A stretch of DNA of 63,409 nucleotides, filler included, from Pirum gemmata (lineage: Eukaryota): NCBI GenBank assembly GCA_002812295.1. It is 17 parts of 17 records of this genome, joined end to end, with 100 filler letters (N's around TTAATTAATTAA, not from the genome) between each part and the next. Parts side by side here need not be neighbours in the genome. Positions count along the whole stretch, not along the records: positions 1 to 3,679 come from PDIN01002151.1; positions 3,780 to 7,432 come from PDIN01002152.1; positions 7,533 to 11,209 come from PDIN01002153.1; positions 11,310 to 14,949 come from PDIN01002154.1; 13 more parts are not named here. The stretch is one strand, 5' to 3'. Under the pieces are notes generated by a model. That model did no database searches. It was not told the DNA's origin and saw only the letters and a program-made list of their open reading frames with translations. Shown here piece by piece: positions 1 to 11,870 of the stretch. Every line of letters starts with the position of its first letter. The first letter of the stretch is position 1. The translations under genes and the position numbers were made by a program.

Positions 1-310
1 AATAATAATAATAATAATAATATAATGTTAAATTAATATATAATATATAATACTAATAATAATAGTAATAATAATAGTGATATAATGATAACTATAACGA
101 TAATGATAATGATAATAATGATTATAATAATTATAATCATATTCATAATCAAAATAAAAATAGTAATATATATAATTACATAATATAGTGATATGTACTG
201 TTATGTAGTAATATTGAGACGGAATTTTTATTTCTACATATTTTTCGTATTTGACTTATTTCGTAATTTTTCATTTTTATATTTTTAGTTGTATTTTATT
301 TTCATTTTTA

Positions 311-1003
311 TTAAGAATGTATGGCTTTGTCATAATGTAAATTTTTTCTACTAGCATTAAGTACCCCATGTTTACGATAATAAAATCCACATGTATTACA
401 CAGTGTACCACTACCCTCTGGTCCAGGTCTCCAAGTACAGGAACTTGTTTCATAGCAATGTCGGCAAGGGCGATTGGTACGGATGATTGATTTTCTTTTC
501 CTTACACGTTTAGATCCATTCACAAATTCATGTTTCGAATGCTTTATAATGAAATCGCTATTATCTTCACTAAAACTATATCTATTATTATCAATAGTAC
601 TGCTATTATTATTGTCAGCATTATCATTACTATCATATGCTATAAAACTATTATCATAGGCTATACTATTTCTTTTGGTACTGACGTCGACACTATCATT
701 TTCTGTGTGTTTGTAATTGTTATATTGGAAGGAACAGGTATTGTTAAGAGGGCTATGAGGGGGGTAATTGTTACAATGGCCATTTGTTTCTCCGTCGCTA
801 TTACTTGTTAAACTCATACTATCACTATCAGTATTTTTATTGTAATATTGATCAGTATATATAGTAGCATTCTGTTCAGTATTCTTATGATCTTTTTTAT
901 AAGAGCAAAAATTACTATGTATATGATGGTGTGTTTTTGTAGAATTATCGCAATTAACTCCCCAAGGGCGCCATATTGCATTATTATTTGTTGATGAAGT
1001 CAT
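311..1003 (-). CDS. GATA zinc-finger transcription factor (single C-terminal CX2CX18CX2C finger), intronless
   Basis: 230-aa ORF ending RPCRHCYETSSCTWRPGPEGSGTLCNTCGFYYRKHG, preceded by basic KRVRKRK; Asn/Ser-rich disordered N-terminus. Confidence 0.9.
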   Translation of the reverse strand: MTSSTNNNAIWRPWGVNCDNSTKTHHHIHSNFCSYKKDHKNTEQNATIYTDQYYNKNTDSDSMSLTSNSDGETNGHCNNYPPHSPLNNTCSFQYNNYKHTENDSVDVSTKRNSIAYDNSFIAYDSNDNADNNNSSTIDNNRYSFSEDNSDFIIKHSKHEFVNGSKRVRKRKSIIRTNRPCRHCYETSSCTWRPGPEGSGTLCNTCGFYYRKHGVLNASRKNLHYDKAIHS

Positions 1004-1237
1004 GATTCAATAATTATATAATGTCTATTATCTATTGTTTATTGTTTTATAATAAAAAAAATAAAAAATTCGTTACTTTTTTTTTTTTCATATTTTAGTT
1101 TTTTGTTATTTTTCTGGGGTTTTTTCCTCTTTTATATTATTTTTAATTTTTTTTATTTTTTTTTTAGGTATTTACAAATTATTATTGTGTCTATTAAAAT
1201 TTAAACAACCTCATTTCTAACAGTTTTTTTCAAAAAA

Positions 1238-1633
1238 GTGAGGTATAATGTTGTGTTACAAAATTTTACAACTATATATAATAGTATATATATATTATAT
1301 AATATATATAACGTCAACGGCATTGTTCATGATATTGGCTCTTCAATTGCCGTATTAATATTTATTACAATGGTTATATATTATCTTTTTTTAAATAGAT
1401 TTTTTAAAAATACTCATTTCTATAATAAAATATTAAACTATGGCGTTCATTTAATCACACCAATGGTCACAATTGCATTATGGCTTTCAGAATGTCGTCA
1501 AGTTACTTCCAATAGTTTCGTATTTTATATATATTCCAATTTTTGTTTTTGTTCTAACGTAAATACTACTGGAAATAGTATGTTACAATTTGTAATATAT
1601 GTAAATTATGTATTATATAATATATATATATAA
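1238..1633 (+). pseudogene. Possible degenerate FAR-17a/AIG1- or Pr6Pr-like membrane protein
   Basis: Hydrophobic segments, VLQNFTT and ILNYGVHLITPMVTIALWL (H-x-x-x-P helix motif); no ATG start; very AT-rich. Confidence 0.3.
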
Positions 1634-2107
1634 TTATAATTGATATTATAATATAATATCTAAATGATATGAACTTAAGCTCATGCATTTTGAGTATTAT
1701 GAATGGAAATGATTAATTATTGCGTTCGATCCTCATAATAAAGCAAGCTTTGGTGTGCTTTCCTTTTCTTACAAAAACTTGAGAAGTATTAAAAAATACA
1801 AACACAAACATATTTGAAACAATTGCAAGTTTATTATTCGTTTATTGTAGCAATTTGTAAATTCTACTCAATAATACTTATAATTTGAAAATCACAAACT
1901 GACATCAAAAAGCTGACAAACTTACATAGGCAACTGAACATTTTTGTTTTTTCTGCAGATGTTTTCTGGTTTGTTTTTCTGTCAGCACTTTTTTTCATTC
2001 AATCATTGACTGTGCTAGTCACATTGATACAATGATAATATGATGACAGTTTGATGACCCTACTATGGTGTCTCCTATCGTAGACTAGCTTAGACAGACC
2101 CCCCCAC

Positions 2108-3044
2108 AGTAGGGGTGAGATGATGTCATTTTATTATTACCGAACAGCTGCCGGAACTTTTCCGATTTATGGTTCTATTACTATTAATGTTAATATTATT
2201 ACTTTTATTGGTATCTTTATAATTAGATTTACTATTTTAAGTTATTTAACTGCTAATATTAGTAAAAACACGGAACTAAGGTTTTCTCGATAAGCATCTG
2301 TTCGAAAAAAGTTCCAGCCCACTATACCCCATCTCTGGCTAGCTCTACTAGACTAGAGGCTATGTATAATAGACTAAATGGACTAGCTAGAGAGGAAGGG
2401 TGACACCCCTCCAATATGACTCTGAAATTTTCATTTTCCGTCACGGCTGCGGCTTACTATTTAAAGAAAAATAGCCTTTTTAAAGTAACTAAGTTACTAT
2501 ACTACTTCAAAAAGGCAAATTATTTGACTATTTATGGTTTATAATTTACTTAATTGGGAAGCCGAAATGCCTGTCGCGGAATTAGTGCCAATTTACGGGG
2601 TCATTTACTTATAGGACTCTTATAGGTGTCACCCCTCCTATTAGAGTCTAGTCTACTAGACTTCTACTAGCTACAGCTAGCTAGCTAGTAGTAGAACTGG
2701 TAGGTCTAAAATTCTAAATAGCTAGTAGCTGGCCCCAGTCATTAGTAAGCTATTATGCATACCTGAGAAAAATACCAAGAAAAATATTAGGAGAAAAAGA
2801 GTGGCCCAGAAGGAGGATGAGATGACGTCATCTTACCAATTGGATGCTCGGACCGGCGAACTTCCAGAAATTTGCCTAAAGTTACTATAAATAGTATAAT
2901 AAACTCTTTTAAAAGTAACTATTTAAATAGATAGTTACTAAATAAATAATTACAAATAATAAATATGGGAAGGCAAAATAGGCGAACAACATTTACTTTG
3001 TGCCTCGGTCAAAAAAGTTCGCCATAAGAGTTCTCACCCCTCCT
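2108..3044. mobile_element. Cluster of three related hAT-like MITEs (about 2108-2336, 2393-2639, 2811-3044)
   Basis: Terminal inverted repeats (Y)AG(G/T)AGGGGTGA...TCACCCCT(C/A)CT; the third element is flanked by an 8-bp direct repeat GGCCCAGA; the first has a close copy at 45721-45952. Confidence 0.7.
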
Positions 3045-3338
3045 GGCCCAGACTACTTCCAGACTCCAGCCAGAGTTTGGACCACAGCTTCTTAGAGCAT
3101 AGAGTTTTTTTACTTTTTTTTTTGGAATCATTGTTCTTTATTTGGTGAAGTTTGGTGTAAAATTATAATATAATCTTTTTTTATTTTTTTTACCAATAGA
3201 AAATATGCTGTACCGTATATAGATAATGGTATGTGCGGTGTGCAGGTGGTGTGCCTGAGGGTGGTGTGCACTATTTTTTAAAAAATGTATTAGGGTTAGG
3301 TTAGGGTTAGTGTTAGGGTTAGGAATGAATATCATATA

Positions 3339-3510
3339 TGGTGCAAATAATCAAAAAACGTCCAACTTTTTTTACTAGCTTTTAAAAAGTCTCACATTTT
3401 TTTATATATGTTCCAATATTTCAACAACTACTATATTACTTGTGTGTGCGAAAAACTTAAATTATATCGAACCCCAAAAGTCAGACGTTTTTAGCTTGTT
3501 TACACTATAG
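3339..3510. mobile_element. MITE family F (related copies about 4293-4473, 30635-30790, 54174-54310)
   Basis: Imperfect TIR TGGTGCAAATAAT...AAAAACGTCCAACTTTT / AAAAGTCAGACGTTTTT; recurs on other contigs. Confidence 0.5.
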
Positions 3511-3679
3511 TATAAAAATTTTTTGAGATCATTATTATTGTTGTTATTATTATTTACATAAATAAATATGATATTTTTTTAAAAAATATTACTACATTAT
3601 ATATTATTGTATATTGTTATTATACATTGTTATTATTATTATCATTATTATTATTATTATTATTATTATCTATTACAGT

Positions 3680-3779
3680 NNNNNNNNNNNNNNNNNNNNN
3701 NNNNNNNNNNNNNNNNNNNNNNNTTAATTAATTAANNNNNNNNNNNNNNNNNNNNNNNNNNNNNNNNNNNNNNNNNNNN
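3680..3779. other. Artificial contig linker. Also at 7433, 11210, 14950, 18698, 22439, 26198, 29936, 33650, 37209, 40937, 44679, 48453, 52176, 55851 and 59640, each 100 bp
   Basis: 44 N + TTAATTAATTAA (stops in all six frames) + 44 N, recurring every ~3.7 kb. Confidence 0.98.
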
Positions 3780-4640
3780 TACTACTACTACTACTACTTC
3801 TACTACTACTACTACTACCAATACTACTACTACCACCACCACCACCACCACCACTACTACTACTACTTCTACTACGACTTCTACTAATCGAGCTAATGTC
3901 GTCTGTCCCAACTCCCAAAGGGCCCCGAGATGGGGCCCCATAGACTACTGTGGCTATAGACCTGGGTGGGTCTAGCTAGGTATTGTGCTTTTTCATTTAT
4001 TTTGTTCTAAGTTCTAACTTCTAGCTAGATAGTAGTTCGGAAGTACTAACTACTTTTTTAAAGTCTACTTTCTATCATATTATTAAATATCTCAGGGTCC
4101 TACCTTTTTTTTTTAAAAAAGTCTGAATAAGATTTGTAGATCATGATTTGAATAATTTATAGTAGCAATATTGTAGCAATAATATGCTAGTTAGGAATAG
4201 ACTAATGATTGAGTTGGTAGCAGTCTTGTGCTAACTTGTGGTAGTATTGTGGATGTGGAAGTTGTGGTTGTTGCTTTTGCAGTTTCCACTAATGGTCCAA
4301 ACAATCTAAAAACGTTCTACTTTTTTTTATTATGCACACTTTTCTTTCTATGTTCGAAAATTTCAAACCCATTCATTAAATACCTATTACACGATTTCTG
4401 TATATTTCTGTTGGAAAACTGAAAATTCTGGTGAATCCCAAAAGTCGGACGTTTTTCGGAATTGTTTGTGCCATATTGATAATAGTTTGATAATCCTGTT
4501 TGTAATTTGTATCATATAAACCAAAGACCCCCGAAAGTCTTAGTCTTGTAGTTTATGATATTATATATATGATATGATATTATCTTAGTGCCTAGATCTT
4601 AGTGCAGTCTAGTCTATCATACATGAGTTGTATAGTCTAG

Positions 4641-5880
4641 TGCTTTTCAGATTTTTGGTCATCACAAAATATACAATAAATTGTACCAAATTAATACAAT
4701 ATAAATCCATTTAATTTAATTTGATATTTTTTTATCTATTTATTGATTTAAAAATGTAAATTTAAAGATTACAACCCTCCAAATAAGCATTCAGAGTGAC
4801 AAAGTAAATGAAAAGCACGATATCGATAAAGTATCGAAATATGATAATTATGACCATAGTTGTAAATTATTATAAGGGAGCCTTCAAATACCAAGTAACG
4901 CCAATTTCCAGTCAAATACAGCTTCAAATACCCCTACCTACCTACCCCTCGGCCTTAATTTCCCTTCAAATACAGCTTCAAATACCCCTACCTACCTACC
5001 TACCCCTCGACCTTAATTTCCAGTCAAATACCTATCATATTATCTATCATGTACAACGCTTTTCAATTGTTTTGTCATCATAAAGTATACAATAAAGAGT
5101 ACCAAATTAATACAATATAAATCCATTTCATTTAATTTGGTATAATTTATTATTTATTTATTTATTTAAAAGTATCGATTTAAATATTATAAACAACCAA
5201 ATAAATATTCGGAGTGACAAAATAAATGAAAAGCACAATAATATGTATACTGTATTAGACAAGTATCAATTTTTATATAATAAAATATACAATAAAGAGT
5301 ACCAAATTAATACAATATAAATCCATTTTATTTAATTTGGTATATTTTATAATCTAATTATTANATATCAATTTAAAGGTTATAACCTACCAAAAAAATA
5401 TTCAGGGTGACAAAATAAATGAAAAGCACAACACATGTATCCCTATAATTATATCGTGAAAACCCTAAACCGAGATTTGAGATTTTGAAAATTATCTTGA
5501 AAATTTTAATTTTGTTTTTTTCTAATAAAGAAATTATTATTATGTACATCTATTATAAATACCATAACTCGATATATTACTATCACTGGAAAACCAGAGA
5601 ATCGAGACTAGTTCGAAGCTTTTGAAAATTTTCGATCTAATTTTATGTATTGACCACTTTCTCGGAATCACTTTTGGTTTTCCCTCAAAATTTTTTAAAT
5701 TTTTCCTCATTTATCGTGCTTTTCAGTTGTTTTGTCATCATAAATATATAATAAATAGTACCAAATTAATACAATATAAATCCATTTCATTTAATTTGGC
5801 ATATTATATTATCTATTTATTCATTTAAAAACGTCAATTTAAATATTATAACCAACCAAATAAATACAATAAAAATGAAC
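4641..5880. mobile_element. Nest of MITE family A copies with a Harbinger-type MITE fragment at about 4876-5030
   Basis: Four full or partial copies of the GTACCAAATTAATACAATATAAATCCATTT core with GTGCTTTTCA / TGAAAAGCAC ends. Confidence 0.75.
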
Positions 5881-6340
5881 AACGATTTTGTTTTTTTGGC
5901 TCTATGTAGTTTTTTTTTTTTTTTTTTTTTCACAAATCAACAGGCCTGTCATCATAATCTACTGTGCAAAAAAAATGGTATTTGACCAATGAAAACTAAT
6001 AATTTAGACATCGGGCCATCAGCTGACTCACGATCGCGAAAGTGACAACCACAAAAACTTTTTTCTTGGCGTTTTATTTTCCTTATTTTATACCTCAAAT
6101 TTGCTTTTTTTAGCCATAACTTACTTAATTAAGTGTTTTATTTTACAAAAAATAATACTTTCTTTATTTAGTAAGTTTTTAATGCCGCCCATTGGATACT
6201 TTTTTGTAAACAAAATCTAGGCCTACAAAGTCTAATTTTTTTTTTTTTTTGTATTATCAGTGTTATTATTTTTAAAAAAACACTTGCTTTAAAAACTGGT
6301 ATAATATGTTAATAAATTAATCAATACGTTAAAATCACAA

Positions 6341-6765
6341 TTATTCCAGTAGTGCATCCATAGGTGCTAGTCCTTTATTTACACATCTGTTTTGAAACTT
6401 TACCAAAAAGAAACAAACTTTTGTTATTTCATTTATCATTGGTATCATATTCATGTCAACTTCGCCACCGATGATTGCAAACTGCTCTAGCAATAACTCT
6501 TTCAACATGTATTCTTGCAGACGCTATTCTGACTGTTAATTTGTGGTTCTTACCATTCATTTGAGCACCTTTTTGAAGCATAGGTGACATCTTCTAATCA
6601 ACATCAGTAGGCATTAAATCAGCAATTTCGAACCCCTTCTCAGCCATAACTAAACTATCTTTCCATAATTTACAAAACAACTCCTTTTGATATTTTACAG
6701 TTATGTCTCTATAATATCACTTATACCACCAGCCAGGGTGACATTCTGAAACAAAAGTTTCATGT
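6341..6765 (-). pseudogene. ISL2EU/Harbinger-type DDE transposase (DDE_Tnp_4-like), C-terminal remnant
   Basis: Manual translation: FVSECHPG..GISD..KDSLVMAEKGFEIADLMP..TVRIASARIHVERVIAR / QFAIIGGEVDMNMIPMINEITKVCFFLVKFQN; internal TAG and frameshifts. Confidence 0.8.
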
Positions 6766-6809
6766 CTAGTTTTCTTTAAAGCATTTTAATATACCTCTAT
6801 CGATGGAAT

Positions 6810-7340
6810 TTGGGTTTTAAACGAAGGATGTTCAAAAAAGTGATTCAACAAACTAAGTTTATTACATGTTTAAATACCTTAGAGCATTATGGACCGAAAG
6901 CTTACGATATTGAAATAGAATATGCTTATTGTCCTTGTGCAATGGGTAAATATGGAAAATGTAGTCATGTTGGTGGTTTGTTATTGTTAATTTATTATCA
7001 TTGGAGATGGCGTAAGGACCCAGAGAACTACAAAGTGTGTACATATATTCGAAGCCACTTTAGTATTACACATGATGGTAACAAAGAAGCAAGAGCAATA
7101 CCAATTAAATAGTGGGATATCGTAAAACCAAAAACTTTACACCATGAAAATTTAATGCATGAGGGTGAAAAGAGGAGGCGTAGCTCTTTTTCAGTTCAAG
7201 AGTTGCAAAAAGGTAGAGAAAGAAGCAAGTATGATAATGAAAGGAAACATGTCACTTTACAAAAGAATTTTCATAAGTTTTGTTTAACTGGTGATATTCC
7301 AAACATAATACAAAACAATACTCCGAGACTTAGGTTGTGA
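6810..7340 (+). pseudogene. SWIM zinc-finger ORF remnant, probably the second ORF of the ISL2EU-type element
   Basis: AYCPCAMGKYGKCSHVGGLL (CxC-x7-CxH SWIM motif) directly abutting the transposase remnant in divergent orientation; stop at 7110-7112. Confidence 0.7.
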
Positions 7341-7653
7341 ATTATCAATCAACCACAAAACCACAAACACCACGAACACCACGAACACCACGAACACCAC
7401 GAACACCACGAACACCACGAACACCACGAACANNNNNNNNNNNNNNNNNNNNNNNNNNNNNNNNNNNNNNNNNNNNTTAATTAATTAANNNNNNNNNNNN
7501 NNNNNNNNNNNNNNNNNNNNNNNNNNNNNNNNAAGGGTACCGGTATTATATAATATTATAATAATTATTCAGCTTATTGCTTACTTTTAAAAATAAAAAA
7601 ATAGTAATTTATTAATAATGAAATGTGAATATATATTAATACTAATATTATGC

Positions 7654-7833
7654 TAACCCTAACCCTAACCCTAACCCTAACCCCAACCCCAACCCCAACC
7701 CTAACCTTAACCCTAACCCCAACCGTAACCCTAACCCTAACCCTAATCCTAATCATAATCCTAACCCTAACCCCAATCCTAACCCTAATCCTAACTCTAA
7801 CTAGTACTCTAACTCCAACTCTAACTCTAACCC
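7654..7833. repeat. Interstitial telomeric repeat (CCCTAA)n with variants. Others at about 3290, 11498, 29874, 31220, 33750, 38509, 41041-41333, 42700, 43388, 44642, 55560-55850, 55951-56138, 56497-56610, 57886-58106, 59798
   Basis: Direct reading of TTAGGG/CCCTAA arrays, including CCCCAA and TTAGGA variants. Confidence 0.95.
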
Positions 7834-8477
7834 TTTTTTAATTTAGACCTATCAATATCATATAATATGATTGTAGCATGTACCATATTGAATCACGAAA
7901 AGCTGCCCGTTACAGCCCCTTTTTATATAATAAATCATAATTACCAAATTTAAAAGTATTGCAAATAATATACTAGCAAACTAAAGTACAATATTGCAGC
8001 GACTGCGTACTAGCAAAAGTCTAGCAAACTAAAGTATATTATTACAGTGACTGCATAGCTTATATATGTTTGTTATGGTTTCGCTAGTGAAAACCGTAAT
8101 TCTTCTTTAGTTATGGTAGCTTTAGCTACTAATAACTATTAATATAGTAATTACATATTATAATAGCAATATTATTTGTAAAGTTATATAGTAACGTTAT
8201 AGACATAGTAATATGATAGTTATAGTCATAATAGTAATAGTAATTATAATAATTATAATATTGGTAATATTATTTGTAATGTTATAGTCATAGTATTATA
8301 ATAGTTATAATAACAGTAATAGTTATTATAGTAATTATATAATAGTAATATTGTTAGTAATGCTATAGTTAATATTATAGTTACAGTAATATAGTAACAT
8401 TGATAGTATTAGTCACATAGTAATGTTATAGTGATAGTTAAGCTAACATTAGCTTTAAAAGCTAACATTAACTCTTA

Positions 8478-8622
8478 GGGAGTGTTGAAGTACTACGTAA
8501 AGCCAATTTCTGGTCAAATACAGCTTCAAATACCCCTACCTACCTACCCCTCGACGTCAATTTCCGGTCAAATACCACTTACCTACCTACCCCTTGACGT
8601 GACGTATTATTTGAACGCTCCC
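8478..8622. mobile_element. PIF/Harbinger (Tourist-like) MITE family B2. Copies about 30468-30594, 41418-41545, 59050-59320, 62931-63116
   Basis: TIR GGGAG(C/T)GTT(C/G)AA...TTGAACGCTCCC with internal CCTACCTACCCC repeats. Confidence 0.8.
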
Positions 8623-8684
8623 TCTAGCTAGCTAGCTGGGGTATTATATCAGATATCATACCAGCTAGTCTAGCTAGCTACTAG

Positions 8685-8921
8685 CTCGTCTATCCGTCAG
8701 TGCGCTATGTCATCAATTGATGACGATTGATGGTTTTACTTTGACAAACTTTTCGGGAAATGAGAGTGAATGACACGATAATTTCACCACTTAATATTGA
8801 CGTAATTTCCTTTCATTTGAAATACTTTTCGTTTCGCGTAATTAATAGTGTTAATTAATACGACCGCGTTGGATTTGAGATAAAAAGGTCATCAATTGAT
8901 GACCCTCTGACGAATAGACAA
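8685..8921. mobile_element. MITE family G
   Basis: Inverted ends CTCGTCTATCCGTCAG / CTGACGAATAGACAAG, each with the subterminal palindrome GTCATCAATTGATGAC. Confidence 0.6.
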
Positions 8922-10885
8922 GTCCTAGCTAGCTAGCTAGTTGTGGTCCTACTATAGCTAGTCTAGCTATGATAGATCTAGCTATGATAGCTATCATAGA
9001 ACTATAGACTAGACTATTGTGTTTTTTCATTTATTTTGTCACTCTGAATATTTATTTGGTTGTTTATAATATTTAAATTGATATTTTTAAATTAATAAAT
9101 AGTTAATAAAATATACCAAATTAAATAAAATGGATTTATATTATATTAATTTGGAACTCTTTATTGTATATTTTATGATGACAAAACAACTGAAAAGTAT
9201 GATAGTCTAGCTAGTCTGTCTACCATACTAAGTCTACCATAGTTGATATCTAGCTAGATAGTCTATCACGATAGGGCCGGGTCTACCTGAGACTACCTCT
9301 TTGTCTACCTTTGTCTTAGAATTATCTACCTTTGTCTACCTTTATTCGTCTACCCGATACCCTCTCTTTTAGTCTGTAGACCTCTAGCTAGACTATAGGC
9401 TAGCTAGGGCTAGAATCTATCATTAATGAAGACAACTAACTCTTTGTATATAATATTAGTCTATTGGACCAACATTAGACACAGGATTCATAATAATATC
9501 GAGCAAGTGTCACTAACATAGACTGAGAAAAAGAGAGGCTGCTAATAAAAAATCACATGATTCGGATCACGAAATAAGGATTTATTTATAACTGGTTTAT
9601 AAATAAAATGAATAAAATGAATTATCATAATAATAAAATATAAATAAATGGCTTCATCAATCAGCTAAAAGAATAACACTGTGGTATTAGTAGTAAATAA
9701 AGTGGTTTAATAAATGTATTAATTTAATATACCGTGTACTAAATAACCACAAACTATGATGTATTTATTGTAAAAACACGAGCTATTTTTGTGCCTGAAA
9801 TAAGCAATAATAATTTTAAAAAAGAGTTGTTTCACATCCGTTTCTATTACAACAACAACAACAACAACAAGATCAATAATGTATACACATAGCAAACTAG
9901 GTATTACATCATTGGATTTCATTAAAAATCGTTGAATTATATTAATAATGTTTTATATAATTCCATTGCAAATTTAAAAACGTAGCATCAATGCTCTGCT
10001 CGCCAGTTATTTAATAGCACACGCCAGTATTATTATATATTACATGCTTATTTTATTATAATATTATTGCTGTTGTTGATTATTATCATAATTATTATCA
10101 TAATTATTATCATGATAATAACAAAACTGGAAAATTTAAACTAAAAACTGAATTAAAAGTTGAGCTAAGAGTTGTGGGTAAACAACAGTTACTGTCTTTT
10201 GGTTTGGGTTAAGTCGTTATAAAATTAATAATAATAATAATAATAATATAATAATAAATAATAATAATAATAATAATACTATTAGCTATAGTATATAGTA
10301 ATAGTAATAGCAATAGCAATAGCAATAGTAATAGTAATAGTAATAGTAATAGTAATAGCAATAGTAATAGCAATAGCAATAGCAATAGCAATAGTAATAG
10401 TAATAGTAATAGTAATAGTAATAGTNNNNNNNNNNNNNNNNNNNNNNNNNNNNNNNNNNNNNNNNNNNNNNNNAGTAATAGTAATAGTAATAGTAATAGT
10501 AATAGTAATAGTAATAGTAATAGTAATAGTAATAGTAATAGTAATAGTAATAGTAATAGTAATAGTAATAGTAATAGTAATATCATTCTGATAGTAATAC
10601 TAAATGATAGATACAACAATAACATAATACTCGATCTAGGTGATGATGCTTTAGAATAGCAAAAAATCGTATTCTAACCTATTTTGTATCGATATGTATT
10701 ATAGTAAATATATAGTCTAGACTATTCGATTTGAAGTTTGAAATAAATAGTTCGATTTGAAAAATTAACCAAGACTGCTTGTAGACTATCGATAGTATCA
10801 TAATAAACAGTTACGCTATGATATCATACAGTTTACACTACCAGTACCTACTAGCTAGCTAGACTATGATATCTATGATATAGGC

Positions 10886-11075
10886 TATCGTGCTTTTCAA
10901 TTATTTTGTCGTCATAAAATATACAATAAATAGTACCAAATTAATACAATTTAAATCCATTGCATTTAATTTGGTATATTTTTTTATATATTTATTTATT
11001 TAAAAGTATCAATTTTAATATTATAAACAGCCAAATAAATTTTCAAGAATGGCAAAATAAATGAAAAGCACAATA
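10886..11075. mobile_element. MITE family A, representative copy (~190 bp). Others about 9015-9204, 21255-21363, 26298-26443, 30800-30984, 32527-32900, 33167-33351, 41890-42055, 44355-44530, 46696-46884, 55430-55522, 57635-57825, 58108-58250, 58810-58973, 59365-59518
   Basis: TIR TATCGTGCTTTTCA-TTATTTTGTC / GGCAAAATAAATGAAAAGCACAATA; conserved internal core found on most contigs. Confidence 0.85.
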
Positions 11076-11309
11076 ATATTACTAATATTTAATAATATGA
11101 TAGATGATAATAGTCTAGCTAGCCACTACTAGTAGCTATCATAGTAATAATCGCATGTATGCATGAGTGTATTTTCTGTATTTTCCTTTGTCTTGTTTTT
11201 TTTTTTTTTNNNNNNNNNNNNNNNNNNNNNNNNNNNNNNNNNNNNNNNNNNNNTTAATTAATTAANNNNNNNNNNNNNNNNNNNNNNNNNNNNNNNNNNN
11301 NNNNNNNNN

Positions 11310-11356
<47 letters not shown>

Positions 11357-11562
11357 ATAATCCTTTTAAATTAAATCTTGAAATCTTGTGGCACTGTTTT
11401 AAATATATTCAATCATTTTCGCCCCCTTTTTTGATTTATTTTTTATACAATCATCCAATTACTTACTTTACTTTTATTGTAACTTATAAAAGGGGCATCC
11501 TAACCCTAACCCTAACCCTAACCCTAACCCTAACCCTAACCCTAACCCTAACCTTAAAAAAG

Positions 11563-11814
11563 GGACAGTAGAAGAGTCGCAAACTGCTTCTTCTACAAGT
11601 ACTACTGCAGGGTCGAAACTGATGAAAACTTTTACTAAAACCAAAAAAGGTAAAGACAAAGAAAAAGTTCATCGTTGTTTGGAAAATGATAATTCAGATT
11701 GTGATAATGAAGAAAATAAAATTGATACCAACACAAAATTGTCAAAGACTAAAAAAAGAAAAAGTAAAAGCAAAGGGTTCCTAGAAGAGAGTGATAGTGA
11801 TAATGATAAAAAGG

Positions 11815-11870
<56 letters not shown>

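Noticed and set aside
7574..7841. (LT)n / (VR)n / (GL)n ORFs, also 11386-11672 and 43328-43786
   Set aside because: Translations of telomeric repeats
10209..10625. Poly-Leu/Val/Thr/Cys ORFs here and at 15000-16326, 22118-22486, 35519-35904, 47701-48760, 51945-52478, 54375-54605 and 56952-57548
   Set aside because: Translations of microsatellites, many running into N gaps
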